Below are positions 7,915 through 18,628 of a DNA stretch of 63,083 nucleotides, piece by piece. The stretch's first letter is position 1. Each line of letters begins with the position of its first letter. The notes below the pieces were generated by a model, which saw nothing but the letters and a program-made list of their open reading frames with translations, made no database searches and had not been told where the DNA came from. Origin of the DNA: a virus (taxonomy: Duplodnaviria; Caudoviricetes); IMG/VR virus record IMGVR_UViG_3300030376_004411, positions 1 through 63,083 of that record; one strand, 5' to 3'. A program made the translations under genes and the position numbers.

Positions 7915-9180
7915 ATGGGTCTAGCCGACAGGATACGCCGCGTTTTTGCTACGGTGGGTTCTAATCCTAACACTCCAAAGGATGAACCACGTGGTTTTGG
8001 CGCAGGTGTAATAAGAAGGTTGAAACTTACCAATAATTATGGTAACAGGAATTATGAGCAGCACATAGGTGACAATAGAACCTATATGAATGTTTATTTA
8101 TCAGACCCGATTGTACGTTCTTTGATTGACCTCCCTTGTTTATATGCAGTAAAGGATGGTTTTGATATTGTTACTGAAGACGAAAAACTAAGAGAAGAAG
8201 TAACAAAGATGTTTGTTGATATCAATATTGATATGACAATCTACGGTTGGCTACGCAACGCTCGAATCTTTGGTTCAGGTTATTTAGAATGGACTGGAGA
8301 CAACCTAGTTCTACGCTCTTCACAAAATATGTACGTGAAGAGAAACGAACACGGCCAATTAATGTATTATTATCAGAATATAGGAAACGACGCAGAAGAC
8401 GTTCGTTTTGACCCTGATGAAATTGTAGAACTACAAAACAATCCTTTTGATGATTACGCTTATGGTTTATCTGATATACATACTATTTTATACTTAGTAG
8501 ACCTAAAAGATTATGCAGAGCGAGACATTGGAGCAGCTCTGAATAAATATGCGGTATCACGTTTCGACATTTCCTGTGGGTTGCCTGATATGCCCTATGG
8601 CCCTGATAAGATTAACGAAATTGTTGATGCATTTAATTCTTTAGAACCCGGTGAAGATATAATTCACGGTAATGATATACAAATAAAAGAAATAGAAGGT
8701 ACAAATAGAGCCTTTGAATATGGTAAGTATACAGATGATATACTAGATAAAATACATATAGCTCTTAAAGTACCAAGAACTATGTTTACACAACCGGAGC
8801 AAGCTCGCCCGGTTTTTGAACCTTACGTTAAATATTTACAAAAAGCAGTAGAGTCTGCTATTAATTCACAACTAATGCCACAGTTTGGAGACGATGTTAA
8901 ATTTGCTTTCAGACACTTGAATGTAGATGATGCATTCACAAAGGCAAAAACCGATATGATATATCTATCAGAAGGTGTCTTGGCACCTAGTGAAGTTAGA
9001 AAGGAGAGAGGTTTAGATGCTGAAGGAGTAGTAGAAAAACAACCAACTGCCGCTGAAGTAAATATTTCTGGTGGAAAAGACCAAGACAAAATAGAAGAGT
9101 CTCAAAGAACAGAACAGAGATTATCTAAAAACCAGACAGGGAAACGCACTGAAGAAGAGGTTGTGGAGGTAGTAGCGTGA
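7915..9180 (+). CDS. Portal protein
   Basis: Follows terminase; 421 aa; YGLSDI, IHIALKVP and PSEVRKERGL portal-like motifs. Confidence 0.9.
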   Translation: MGLADRIRRVFATVGSNPNTPKDEPRGFGAGVIRRLKLTNNYGNRNYEQHIGDNRTYMNVYLSDPIVRSLIDLPCLYAVKDGFDIVTEDEKLREEVTKMFVDINIDMTIYGWLRNARIFGSGYLEWTGDNLVLRSSQNMYVKRNEHGQLMYYYQNIGNDAEDVRFDPDEIVELQNNPFDDYAYGLSDIHTILYLVDLKDYAERDIGAALNKYAVSRFDISCGLPDMPYGPDKINEIVDAFNSLEPGEDIIHGNDIQIKEIEGTNRAFEYGKYTDDILDKIHIALKVPRTMFTQPEQARPVFEPYVKYLQKAVESAINSQLMPQFGDDVKFAFRHLNVDDAFTKAKTDMIYLSEGVLAPSEVRKERGLDAEGVVEKQPTAAEVNISGGKDQDKIEESQRTEQRLSKNQTGKRTEEEVVEVVA

Positions 9181-10436
9181 ATGCTTACGAAAAATGTGTA
9201 ATAGGATTAAAACCACGCCTTAACAAAAAAGGTGTAGAGAATGCAGAGATTGTAGCTCAGAATATGTGCTCTATGTGGGCAGATAACAATGGCGAAGAAA
9301 AGGAATTCGGTGTTTCTAAATCAGATGAGACCCAAAAAACATTTGCTATGAATTTTGAATTTGATAAAGAAGCACTTAGTGTATCTAAAAAGGATACTGA
9401 AGATATGTGGGAATTCCCAGTTCGTGCTTTAACTTCTGGTCGTCACGATTATGAAGTTGAAGGAGAAGAACAAACTGTGTTTATAGAACCTAGTATACTT
9501 AAAGAAAGCTTGGAGAAGTTCAATGAACTACCAATATATTATACTCATCAAAGGACTCCTGAGGATTTACTTGGGAAGGCTATTAACCCTGAGATTGAAG
9601 AGATGGAAGACGGCAAGGTAGCAATATCTATGTTGGCTCAGATTTATGAACCAACAGCCAGAATGAAAGAAGTGATACAGAAAGTGGAAGACGGGGATAT
9701 TACTAACGTCAGTGTCGATTGGTTTTCAAAAGACGTTGATGTTATGGGCGATTCGTACGCGACAAATATCCGACCCGTAGAAGTCTCGTTTATAGACAAC
9801 GAGATAGCAACGCCCGTCTGTGGGGAATGTACGATTGACACGGAATGTGCAACACACGTATCAGAAAAAGAATTTGCAACCAAAGATGATTGTGGTTGTG
9901 GAGGGCACGACGAGAATTCGTGTGGTTGTGACCACGACGGTGAAGACAAAGAGGTCGATAATATGAGTGAGGAAGTTGTAAAAACAGAATCTGAAAAGAT
10001 AACAGAGAGAGAGTTTGCTTCAGTTAAGAAACAACTGGAAGATTTGACATCCAACCACTCCGAATTGGAGCAGAAGTACAATGATGCTTTGAATTCTATC
10101 GAAGAGTTTAAGACCGCAGAAGAAACCAGAAAGGCAGAGGAAGCTAAAAAGTTAAAAACAGCTTTAGTTAACAATGTCGTAAGTAAGGAAGTTCTTTTCG
10201 GAAAACTCAAAGAAGAATCCAAAGATGCCCGTACTGAAGAACTATTCGGTTGGGAAGACAACAAATTAACAGGTTTCTTTGAAGCATTAGAATCAATGCC
10301 TGAACCTGCCGAAACAGAAAAAACCTTCGGTAAGGGAATCGCAAAGGATTCAGAAGAAAAGGCTGTAGAAGCCGAACCTGAAGTAGAGAGAATGTTCTCT
10401 ATGATAGACGGAAAAATCCGTTTGAACAGGAAATAA
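9177..10436 (+). CDS. Prohead protease fused to scaffold-like coiled coil
   Basis: Between portal and capsid; PIYYTH, VSVDW, EVSFI protease-like motifs; acidic coiled-coil C-terminus. Confidence 0.8.
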   Translation: MNAYEKCVIGLKPRLNKKGVENAEIVAQNMCSMWADNNGEEKEFGVSKSDETQKTFAMNFEFDKEALSVSKKDTEDMWEFPVRALTSGRHDYEVEGEEQTVFIEPSILKESLEKFNELPIYYTHQRTPEDLLGKAINPEIEEMEDGKVAISMLAQIYEPTARMKEVIQKVEDGDITNVSVDWFSKDVDVMGDSYATNIRPVEVSFIDNEIATPVCGECTIDTECATHVSEKEFATKDDCGCGGHDENSCGCDHDGEDKEVDNMSEEVVKTESEKITEREFASVKKQLEDLTSNHSELEQKYNDALNSIEEFKTAEETRKAEEAKKLKTALVNNVVSKEVLFGKLKEESKDARTEELFGWEDNKLTGFFEALESMPEPAETEKTFGKGIAKDSEEKAVEAEPEVERMFSMIDGKIRLNRK

Positions 10437-10454
10437 ATATAGGAAGTAATAAAT

Positions 10455-10826
10455 ATGGCAACAGAAATATTAGTAAATGATGGTGGAGCACCAGCACGAA
10501 TATTACCATTTTTAATCCACGCTACTGTAGCAGCAGGAGACCCCCTACAGATACACTCTAACGGGAAAGTCAAACCAGCAGCAACCAGTGGAGCAGCCTG
10601 TGTTGGAGTAGCTTTAACAGCTGCATCAGGCTTGGATAATATGTGTAACGTGATAACTGGACACGGAGTCGTCGCTAACGTAAACGGACAAGGAAGCATT
10701 GTCGCAGGTTCTATCCTGTCAGCAGATGCAACTGGTAAGTTCGGTATTGCAGCAAGCGCCGACCAGAAAGAAGCTATTGCACTTGAGGCAATCAGCGGAG
10801 GAGTAGTGAAGGTCGTCCTTCTCTAA
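10455..10826 (+). CDS. Capsid decoration/cement protein
   Basis: Small Gly/Ala-rich beta protein (AGD..VGVA..G..GSIL..GK..AIALEA) directly before the capsid gene. Confidence 0.7.
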   Translation: MATEILVNDGGAPARILPFLIHATVAAGDPLQIHSNGKVKPAATSGAACVGVALTAASGLDNMCNVITGHGVVANVNGQGSIVAGSILSADATGKFGIAASADQKEAIALEAISGGVVKVVLL

Positions 10827-10840
10827 AGAGGTGAATAAAT

Positions 10841-11929
10841 ATGGTAACAACACAAGATGGAATACTAACATCCAATAACACTGGTTCATTCACTGCAACA
10901 ACTGGAGGAACCGGAGAGAGAGTTCTAGTAGATTACAAAGACGCTTTGCAAGACTACAAAGTAACTGACCTTCCAGCACTTCAGATGTTTACAGAAACAA
11001 TGACCACTGATACTGGTGGAGATATAGATTTAACATTCGCAATGCCTTCTATGAACTTAGAAAGAATTGATGAAGGAAGCACCCCTCAATACCAACACAC
11101 AAAGATGCGCTCCGAGAGAGTAGCAGTCAGAGAGTGGGGTATTGCAGTAGGTGTAACCCGCAGAATGATAGAAGATTCAAGATTCAACGAAGTTGAACTT
11201 GCACTAAACGAAGCACGAAGAGCAGTTGACAGACATATGTCTAAACACGTTATCTACGCATTGTTCGGTATTGGAGATGCAGACCTACAAACAGGTATCA
11301 GCAACGTAAGTATCGACAAACAAGATGCAGAAGTTGGCGCTAGTGGAATCAACGATTTCACAGTCAATCTCTACGGTGGTTTCATTGGTAGTGGTACAGC
11401 AGCTCAAGCAGCAGCTGGAGATGGACGCTACGTCGACTACGGTTTAACCGCAGCAGCAGACTTAGCCCGAACTCACTACAGAGAAGCAGCCACAAACGGA
11501 ACTGTTACACTAAGTGACTTGACCACAGCTATCGAGTTAATCGGACAACACGGTTACAACGCAGATACTGTAGTTATTTCACCAAAGCACTACAAAACTC
11601 TATTAGACTTAGCAGACTTTACTGCAGCAGTCGGAGCAGCTAACGCAGCTATCAGAGGAGGAACAGATGCTTTGGGTGGTATCAGAGACACCGCATCCAG
11701 TGGATTAGTTGGTTCATTGTTTGGATTGAACATTTATGTCAATGCATACATCCCACCAACAGCTTATGGTGTGTTTGATATGTCAGCAAAACCAATGGCT
11801 TACGTCGAAAGACGTCCAATGACTGTCGAGGAAGCAAACCCCGGTTTCGGAATCGTCGGTTCATATATGTCAATGAGATATGGATTGAAAGTTACAAAAC
11901 CAGAAACTGGTGTAATTTTCTACGATTAG
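10841..11929 (+). CDS. Major capsid protein (HK97 fold)
   Basis: 362 aa; IDEG..P, GIAVGVTRRMIEDS, GSLFGLNIYV, MRYGLKV; GAGGTGA SD. Confidence 0.9.
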   Translation: MVTTQDGILTSNNTGSFTATTGGTGERVLVDYKDALQDYKVTDLPALQMFTETMTTDTGGDIDLTFAMPSMNLERIDEGSTPQYQHTKMRSERVAVREWGIAVGVTRRMIEDSRFNEVELALNEARRAVDRHMSKHVIYALFGIGDADLQTGISNVSIDKQDAEVGASGINDFTVNLYGGFIGSGTAAQAAAGDGRYVDYGLTAAADLARTHYREAATNGTVTLSDLTTAIELIGQHGYNADTVVISPKHYKTLLDLADFTAAVGAANAAIRGGTDALGGIRDTASSGLVGSLFGLNIYVNAYIPPTAYGVFDMSAKPMAYVERRPMTVEEANPGFGIVGSYMSMRYGLKVTKPETGVIFYD

Positions 11930-11944
11930 ATATCTAGATAATCA

Positions 11945-12002
11945 ACTCTTCGGAGTAGGTTCACAGTTGGGGGTCTGTATAAAAACCCCCACAATCTTTT
12001 TT
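11945..12002 (+). terminator. Hairpins and T-run after the capsid gene
   Basis: ACTC-TTCG-GAGT, then TGGGGGT..ACCCCCA stem, then TTTTTT. Confidence 0.6.
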
Positions 12003-12028
12003 AACCTACTTAGCGTAGGTATATTATA

Positions 12029-15000
12029 ATGCCACTATCACGAAAAATACTACCACACGGTAAAGCAAAAATACAGTCAGGAGTCTCAGGAGGCTCTAAT
12101 GTAACTAGTTTAAATTTAGATGGCACAACTTTACAATTAAATCAATCTAACAGTCAACCACAAAGGACTGTAAATTTAAACAGTCTTTCTGGTACACCCG
12201 CAGGTAATGATACAGAACTGCAATTTAACAACAATGGTTCATTTGGCGGAACAGATGACTTAAAGTGGGATGGTAGTAAACTAAAACTTGGAGATTCTGC
12301 TGATACTGGTAATTATTTCGAAGTTCAAGGTAGTGATTCTGAAAATACCTATGATGTCTTGGTTGGAAGAAGAAGATTCCCTAGAATATCTTTAAACGAC
12401 AGAGGCTCCTACACTATGCAGATATGGGCACTTGGTAGCGAATTAAGGTTCGGTACGAGCGCAGGTAGTAACACTACAGCTGCTTTTGTAGTAAGGAGTG
12501 GTAGTGTTGGGTCCGTAGCGACAGCTGGTGCATATACATATGGTGTCTTCAACGTAGGTACGTCTGATAGTATCAACTCTAGTAAGGTAACAATAGTAGA
12601 TACTGCGAAACCACTAACGCTAGCTTATGATGGTAGTAATTATGCATCTTTAAAAGTAAGTAGTGGAGGTGTGTTAACAGTAGCTACTAATATGGCTAAT
12701 GCAGGGGTAGCAGATAGATTTTTGTTTGATGGTAATCATTTTAGAGGAACTGATACTAACGCTCCTTCGATGCGTAACGAAACGCCTTCAGATACTAACC
12801 CCGTTTTTACTTTTAATAATGACGTTGATACAGGGATGGGTAGAGCTGCAGCTGATACTTTATCTTTTATTGCAGCAGGAGCTGAACAATTACGTATAGC
12901 AGATAATGTAATTACACTTGGTGATGGTGTGGTTTTAGCACCCCACGCAAGTGACAACTTTACAATTGACTCTCCAAATGGTATAATATTAGATGGTACA
13001 TCAGCAGCTAATGGTGTACAGTATCACGACGGCGGCCTTGAGATAATGAGAATTTCTAACTCAAGTAGTAATCCAGTTATCAGAACTATGGTAGATGCTA
13101 AGGATATGATTTTCCAACAGTTCGATGGTACTGAAATTGTAAGATTCAAAGATAATTTAGACGTTGAAGTTGCTGGTAATTTAAAAATAACTCCAGATAA
13201 TAAACTATACTTAGGAGATGACGAGTTTATAGATGTTAACACTTCTTCTTCACCAAACAGGATGGATTTTCATATAGCAAATCTTCCTCGATTACACTTA
13301 GATTCGGGTACATTATTTTCGGGACAATCTGGAGGCCCTTCGATGGACTTGACTCCAAGTTCTGGTATTGCAAATTATGGGTTCGTGGGTGACACTGACA
13401 CCGGTATGTCTAGAACGGGTGCAGATACACTTGTATTGATGACAGGTGGTACAAACGCAATCACAATAGATAGTAGTCAGAATGTTGTAATACCAGCTAA
13501 TTTGACGGTACAAGGAACAACAACTACAATCGACAGTACAACCCTCAGTGTTAAAGACAAGAACATTGAGATGGGTGTAGTTAGTAGTCCTACAGATGTA
13601 ACGGCTGATGGTGGAGGTATCACATTAAAAGGAACTACCGATAAAACATTTAACTGGGTAGATTCTACAGACAGTTGGACTGCATCAGAACATATTGAAC
13701 TTGCATCTGGTAAATCATTTAGGATTAACGGTAACAACGTTTTGAATCAAACAACTTTAGGTTCTACAGTTGTAGGTTCTTCATTAACAAGTGTTGGAAC
13801 ATTAACCGCTTTGACGGGAGGCACAGGAGACTTAAACTGGGATAGTAATACTCTATTTGTAGACTCTTCTGAAAACAGAGTAGGTATAGGTACAAATTCA
13901 CCAGATGTATTATTTGATGTTAGTGGGTCAGCGGTCATACAGAGCCTTCGTATTAATGCTAATGACGGTGACAGGATGCGATTGTTTAGAAGAGCTGATA
14001 ATGAAATGGTGATTGCTTCTGAGTCAGCATCACTATATTTAAATTCTGCATTTAATGGTATTTATTTTGAAGGAGACTCAAGTGCCGTAAAAATGCGTTT
14101 GACTGGTGATGGTAACTTAGGTATAGGCACAACTGGACCTGATAAACGACTTCATATACACGGTGCAACAGACACAGCTTTCAAAATGAGCAATGCAGGT
14201 ACTGGAGAAGGTGGTTCTGATGGTTTTGAAATACTTCAATCAAATACTGGAGAAATAGTACTTAAAAATAGAGAAAGTGCTGCTTTAAAATTTGACACAG
14301 CCGGTACTAATGCAATGACGATAGATAGTAGTCAAGTTACTACTTTTATTAACACCCCAGTTGTTGGAACAATGACTTCAAGTGATAACAGCACTAAAGC
14401 AGCTTCTACAGCTTTTGTTAAAGCTCAATCATACGGAACAGGAACCATTGGTGGTACAGCTACCTCAGGTCGGATTCCTTTTGGTGATGGAAATAACTCA
14501 ATAACAAGTGATGCTAATCTAACTTATAATGGAAGTAGTTTTGAAGTGTTAGTCACATCATCTATAGGACACGGTGGTACTAAAAGAACTAAATTTCAAC
14601 ATAACAACGAAGTTAATTATTATAGTGATGGTTCAGAAACTTCTGGTACAGTTTACTATCAATATAGAGGTGGAGATTTTAATATAGCTCGAAATGCTAT
14701 ACACGTTAAAGCTTATAATGACGGCTCTCGTCCGAGATATGTAGGTATAGGCACAACTTCACCTGAAAGAAAATTACACATAATGACAGCTAGTGCCGGT
14801 AGTCCGGGTTACAGTACTTATGCTAATATGATATTAGAATCTGATGACCATAGTTATTTTCAATTTTCTTCTCCATCTAACAAAGTACAAGGTATAAACT
14901 TTGGAGATGGAAACGATAATGCAGGTGCTATTTATTATGACCACGCATCTGATTATATGAGATTTTTTGCAGGTGCTTCAGAAAGAATGCGTATAGATTC

Positions 15001-18000
15001 TGCTGGTAAAGTAGGTATAGGCACAACTTCACCAAACAGTAAAATGACAGTTCAAGGTGACCTTGACATTCCACGCGGTTCTAGATTTAGAGCAGGTTCT
15101 ACTGACAGTAATCAAGGTATAGATATTTATCACAACAACGATGGTAGTTCATCATTTAATGGTAATGTCGTATTCGAAGGTAGGTCTTCTGGTGGAGATG
15201 TCGTTTTCCGTAATTTAGACCACGGGCAAGATTATAAATTTTACGCAGAGAACGATTCTGGTACAGAACAGTTAATAATGAAGATTGACGGTACTGAAGC
15301 AGCTGTGGGTATAGGAGAAGGAAGTACTGGATTAACTACAGCTAATGGTGCGTATTTACACGTTACTGGTTCTTCAAACTTACTTGCTAATTTCTTATCA
15401 TCAGATGGTATAGGAGAAATACGAGTAGGAGATAGTTCAAAGTATACTAGATTATTAACAGCTGGTAATCAATTTAAGATAATGCCTTTTGATGGTGTTG
15501 AGTTGATGGTACTTGATGGTAGTACAGAAAAGGTTGGTATAGGTACAAATGCACCCGGTGAAAAGCTAGATGTGAGAGGTAAAATATTAGTAGACCAGTA
15601 TTTAAGATTACAAAGAAACACAAGCACCAACGGATTAAATTTAACTGATAGTGGAGGTAACGCAGTCCCTGTGCACACTAGAGCAGGATTCTTTGGTGAT
15701 AGTTATTCAATGACTCCAGATATTGGTGAGGTTATATTATATAGTTCAACCACTGGTTCTTCAACTGCTACAGCTGGTATGGTTACATTCGCAAGTAGAA
15801 ATGATGCTGGAACTCATATACCTTATGCTGAAATAGAAGGTATAGCATTCGATGATACTGCTAGTGGCGAAGATGGTCATATAGTATTTAGAGTAGAAAA
15901 AGCTAGCACTATGACTGAACAGATGAGGTTAACAGAAACTGGATTAGGTATAGGCACAACTTCACCTGCTTATGAATTAGATGTTAGCTCTGGACATATG
16001 AACGCTGCAAGACTCTATCTAAATGACGCTAACAATTACATAATGGGTGACTCTGAAACTATGTATCTTAGAGCTCACAATGATATGTATTTCAATATAG
16101 ATACACCAAATGATTCTACAACTAGACATTTCATATGGAGAGCCAATACTTCTTCTGAAAAAATGAGATTAGGAGAAGATGGTATACTTGAAGTAAAATC
16201 TGGAGGTAAAGTAGGTATAGGTACAGCTGCACCTAATGTTGAATTAGATGTAGCTGGTGATGCAAGAATAAGAGGTTCCAATAAACTATACTTTGGAGAT
16301 ACAGATACTACAGAATATATATCTACTAACGGAACTGACGATTTAAGAATACACGCTTCAGACACTGTTTTATTTGATGGTGATGGTAAGAGTATATTTA
16401 GAACTCCTTATTTAGCTTTAGAAACTAGTGCAGCATCTGAAAAGATGAGATTCGATATAGATAATGGAAGATTTGGTATAGGCACAAATTCACCTTCTAC
16501 TAAATTAGATATCATAAGCACAACGGAACAAGTAAGGTTTGGTTATGACAGTAGTAATTACTTATCGTTTAATGTAGACAGTACTGGTAATACTGTAATA
16601 CAAGCTAAAACAGGTAACTTAGAATTAAAAACTGATACATCATCTCACGACGTTAGAGTTGATTCAAAAGGTAAATTTAGAGTAGATTTGGGAGATTCTA
16701 ATGGTGGGCACTATGCACGTATAAGAGGTACTAGTAACACCCCAGTATTGATGGCTAAGTCTAATGGTTTAGTAGGTATAGCTACAGAGTCACCCAATGA
16801 AACATTAACAGTTGAAGGAGTGTTATCTTTAGATGAAACTTCTGCTCCATCAGCTACTTCTGGTTATGGTAAAATATACGTTAAGTCTTCAGACAGTAAA
16901 CTATACTTTATGAATGATTCTGGAACTGAGACAGATTTAACAGCAGGAGGAGGAAGCAGTGTCAGTTTTGGTAGTGACAATCAAATACCATTTACTAATT
17001 CAGGGGGCGATGACTTCGATTATTCTGCTAATTTAACATTTGATGGAAGTACTCTTATCACTGACGCTGATATTCGAATATTAGATGGTGAAAAATTATT
17101 ACTTGGTACTGACAGTAATTTTCAAATTTATGGTAGTGCCGGTTCTACAAAATACATAACTACACTTTCAGAACAATTATTAATATGGAATCAAGATTCT
17201 TCTAGTGCACCAATCAAATTACAAGCTACAGATACATCTAACGGTATTCAATTTAATATTGCAGGAACTGAAAAAGGTAGATTTACATCTACAGGTTTAG
17301 GTATAGGTACAACTGCACCTTCTTACAAATTAGATGTTAATGGGGACGCAAATGTTTCAAGTGTTCTATACTTAGGTGATTCCGATACTAAATTATATAG
17401 AAGTTCTAATGATTTATATATAAGAGCTACTTCTGATATACTTTTAAATGACACAGGTGGTAATGTAGGTGTAGGAATAGACCCTACTTCTAAATTACAC
17501 GTCAAAGGTGAATTAGATATTCAAAGTGGTAATCAAACTATTCTTATGGGAGCTGGTAATAGTTCAACATCTAGAAATGATAATGCTCTAAAACTAGCTA
17601 GAGTTGGATTAGCACATTATGAGAATGATGAAGCAGCAGCAGCTATGATATATGCATCTTCAGATGGAACTGATAATGCAGTAGCTATCGGTGGTGGAAC
17701 ATCTGGTATGAATGCAGCCACTAAATTACAATTTTTTACAGCTGCTAATGATACAACTACTGAAGGCACAGAAAGAATGCGTATAGATTCAGCTGGTAAA
17801 GTAGGTATAGGTACATCTGCACCTAACAATACTTTAGAAGTAGCTGGGGTTATTCGTGGTACCAATTATATATGGCAAAAACAAGATGGTTCACCCGGAA
17901 TATTGGTTGGGAATGGTGGTAATGCTGACATTTACTATGATGGTACTGATATGCATATTAATTCCCAAAGAGGCGGTTCTGGTGATTTATTAATTAATAC

Positions 18001-18628
18001 TGGTGGTGGTAATGTAGGTATAGGCACAAATTCACCTGCTGATAAATTAAATATAAACACCGGAGTAGGAACATTCGATTTTAGAGATTATAATATGACT
18101 TATAGTACCTCTTTAGGTATTAGAGCAGAAGCTGGATACTTAGGATTGGTTACAGAAGCAGCTGATGATGTATTTATTTCTACTAGCGGATTTGCTAATA
18201 AAAGATTAGTTGTAAAATCAGATGGTGATATAGGTATAGGCACAACTTCACCTTCTACTAAATTAAATATTGTTGGAACTGGATATGGAGGTAATACCAC
18301 TGGTTCTGCACTATTTCAACTATATGGTACAGATACTGTAGGACCCACTTTAACTTTTAGGAACAATCAATCAGAATATGGTTCTATATATTATGGAGAT
18401 ACTGGCGCTTGGATACCCCAAGGTACAATGGGATTTATTCAACACAGGGATGGTGCCTCTTCAGATGTAAAAATGGTTATAGCGTCTGGTGGTAAAGTAG
18501 GTATAGGTACAACTACACCAGCCCAATATTTACACGTAAAATCTGGTGATACTGACCAAGTATTATACGATTCGCTACTGATACATTTAAATTTTATACT
18601 GATTCAGGATATTCTAACAATCCTTTAA
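12029..18628 (+). CDS. Giant fibre/receptor-binding protein with GIGTxxP repeats; frameshifted near the 3' end
   Basis: About 16 (V/L)GIGTxxP..L modules, Gly/Ser/Thr rich; last ~19 aa look out of frame. Confidence 0.85.
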   Translation: MPLSRKILPHGKAKIQSGVSGGSNVTSLNLDGTTLQLNQSNSQPQRTVNLNSLSGTPAGNDTELQFNNNGSFGGTDDLKWDGSKLKLGDSADTGNYFEVQGSDSENTYDVLVGRRRFPRISLNDRGSYTMQIWALGSELRFGTSAGSNTTAAFVVRSGSVGSVATAGAYTYGVFNVGTSDSINSSKVTIVDTAKPLTLAYDGSNYASLKVSSGGVLTVATNMANAGVADRFLFDGNHFRGTDTNAPSMRNETPSDTNPVFTFNNDVDTGMGRAAADTLSFIAAGAEQLRIADNVITLGDGVVLAPHASDNFTIDSPNGIILDGTSAANGVQYHDGGLEIMRISNSSSNPVIRTMVDAKDMIFQQFDGTEIVRFKDNLDVEVAGNLKITPDNKLYLGDDEFIDVNTSSSPNRMDFHIANLPRLHLDSGTLFSGQSGGPSMDLTPSSGIANYGFVGDTDTGMSRTGADTLVLMTGGTNAITIDSSQNVVIPANLTVQGTTTTIDSTTLSVKDKNIEMGVVSSPTDVTADGGGITLKGTTDKTFNWVDSTDSWTASEHIELASGKSFRINGNNVLNQTTLGSTVVGSSLTSVGTLTALTGGTGDLNWDSNTLFVDSSENRVGIGTNSPDVLFDVSGSAVIQSLRINANDGDRMRLFRRADNEMVIASESASLYLNSAFNGIYFEGDSSAVKMRLTGDGNLGIGTTGPDKRLHIHGATDTAFKMSNAGTGEGGSDGFEILQSNTGEIVLKNRESAALKFDTAGTNAMTIDSSQVTTFINTPVVGTMTSSDNSTKAASTAFVKAQSYGTGTIGGTATSGRIPFGDGNNSITSDANLTYNGSSFEVLVTSSIGHGGTKRTKFQHNNEVNYYSDGSETSGTVYYQYRGGDFNIARNAIHVKAYNDGSRPRYVGIGTTSPERKLHIMTASAGSPGYSTYANMILESDDHSYFQFSSPSNKVQGINFGDGNDNAGAIYYDHASDYMRFFAGASERMRIDSAGKVGIGTTSPNSKMTVQGDLDIPRGSRFRAGSTDSNQGIDIYHNNDGSSSFNGNVVFEGRSSGGDVVFRNLDHGQDYKFYAENDSGTEQLIMKIDGTEAAVGIGEGSTGLTTANGAYLHVTGSSNLLANFLSSDGIGEIRVGDSSKYTRLLTAGNQFKIMPFDGVELMVLDGSTEKVGIGTNAPGEKLDVRGKILVDQYLRLQRNTSTNGLNLTDSGGNAVPVHTRAGFFGDSYSMTPDIGEVILYSSTTGSSTATAGMVTFASRNDAGTHIPYAEIEGIAFDDTASGEDGHIVFRVEKASTMTEQMRLTETGLGIGTTSPAYELDVSSGHMNAARLYLNDANNYIMGDSETMYLRAHNDMYFNIDTPNDSTTRHFIWRANTSSEKMRLGEDGILEVKSGGKVGIGTAAPNVELDVAGDARIRGSNKLYFGDTDTTEYISTNGTDDLRIHASDTVLFDGDGKSIFRTPYLALETSAASEKMRFDIDNGRFGIGTNSPSTKLDIISTTEQVRFGYDSSNYLSFNVDSTGNTVIQAKTGNLELKTDTSSHDVRVDSKGKFRVDLGDSNGGHYARIRGTSNTPVLMAKSNGLVGIATESPNETLTVEGVLSLDETSAPSATSGYGKIYVKSSDSKLYFMNDSGTETDLTAGGGSSVSFGSDNQIPFTNSGGDDFDYSANLTFDGSTLITDADIRILDGEKLLLGTDSNFQIYGSAGSTKYITTLSEQLLIWNQDSSSAPIKLQATDTSNGIQFNIAGTEKGRFTSTGLGIGTTAPSYKLDVNGDANVSSVLYLGDSDTKLYRSSNDLYIRATSDILLNDTGGNVGVGIDPTSKLHVKGELDIQSGNQTILMGAGNSSTSRNDNALKLARVGLAHYENDEAAAAMIYASSDGTDNAVAIGGGTSGMNAATKLQFFTAANDTTTEGTERMRIDSAGKVGIGTSAPNNTLEVAGVIRGTNYIWQKQDGSPGILVGNGGNADIYYDGTDMHINSQRGGSGDLLINTGGGNVGIGTNSPADKLNINTGVGTFDFRDYNMTYSTSLGIRAEAGYLGLVTEAADDVFISTSGFANKRLVVKSDGDIGIGTTSPSTKLNIVGTGYGGNTTGSALFQLYGTDTVGPTLTFRNNQSEYGSIYYGDTGAWIPQGTMGFIQHRDGASSDVKMVIASGGKVGIGTTTPAQYLHVKSGDTDQVLYDSLLIHLNFILIQDILTIL

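Noticed and set aside
9644-10699. 351-aa minus-strand ORF and many other antisense ORFs in the track
   Set aside because: Ser/Phe/Leu-rich shadows of well-supported genes on the opposite strand
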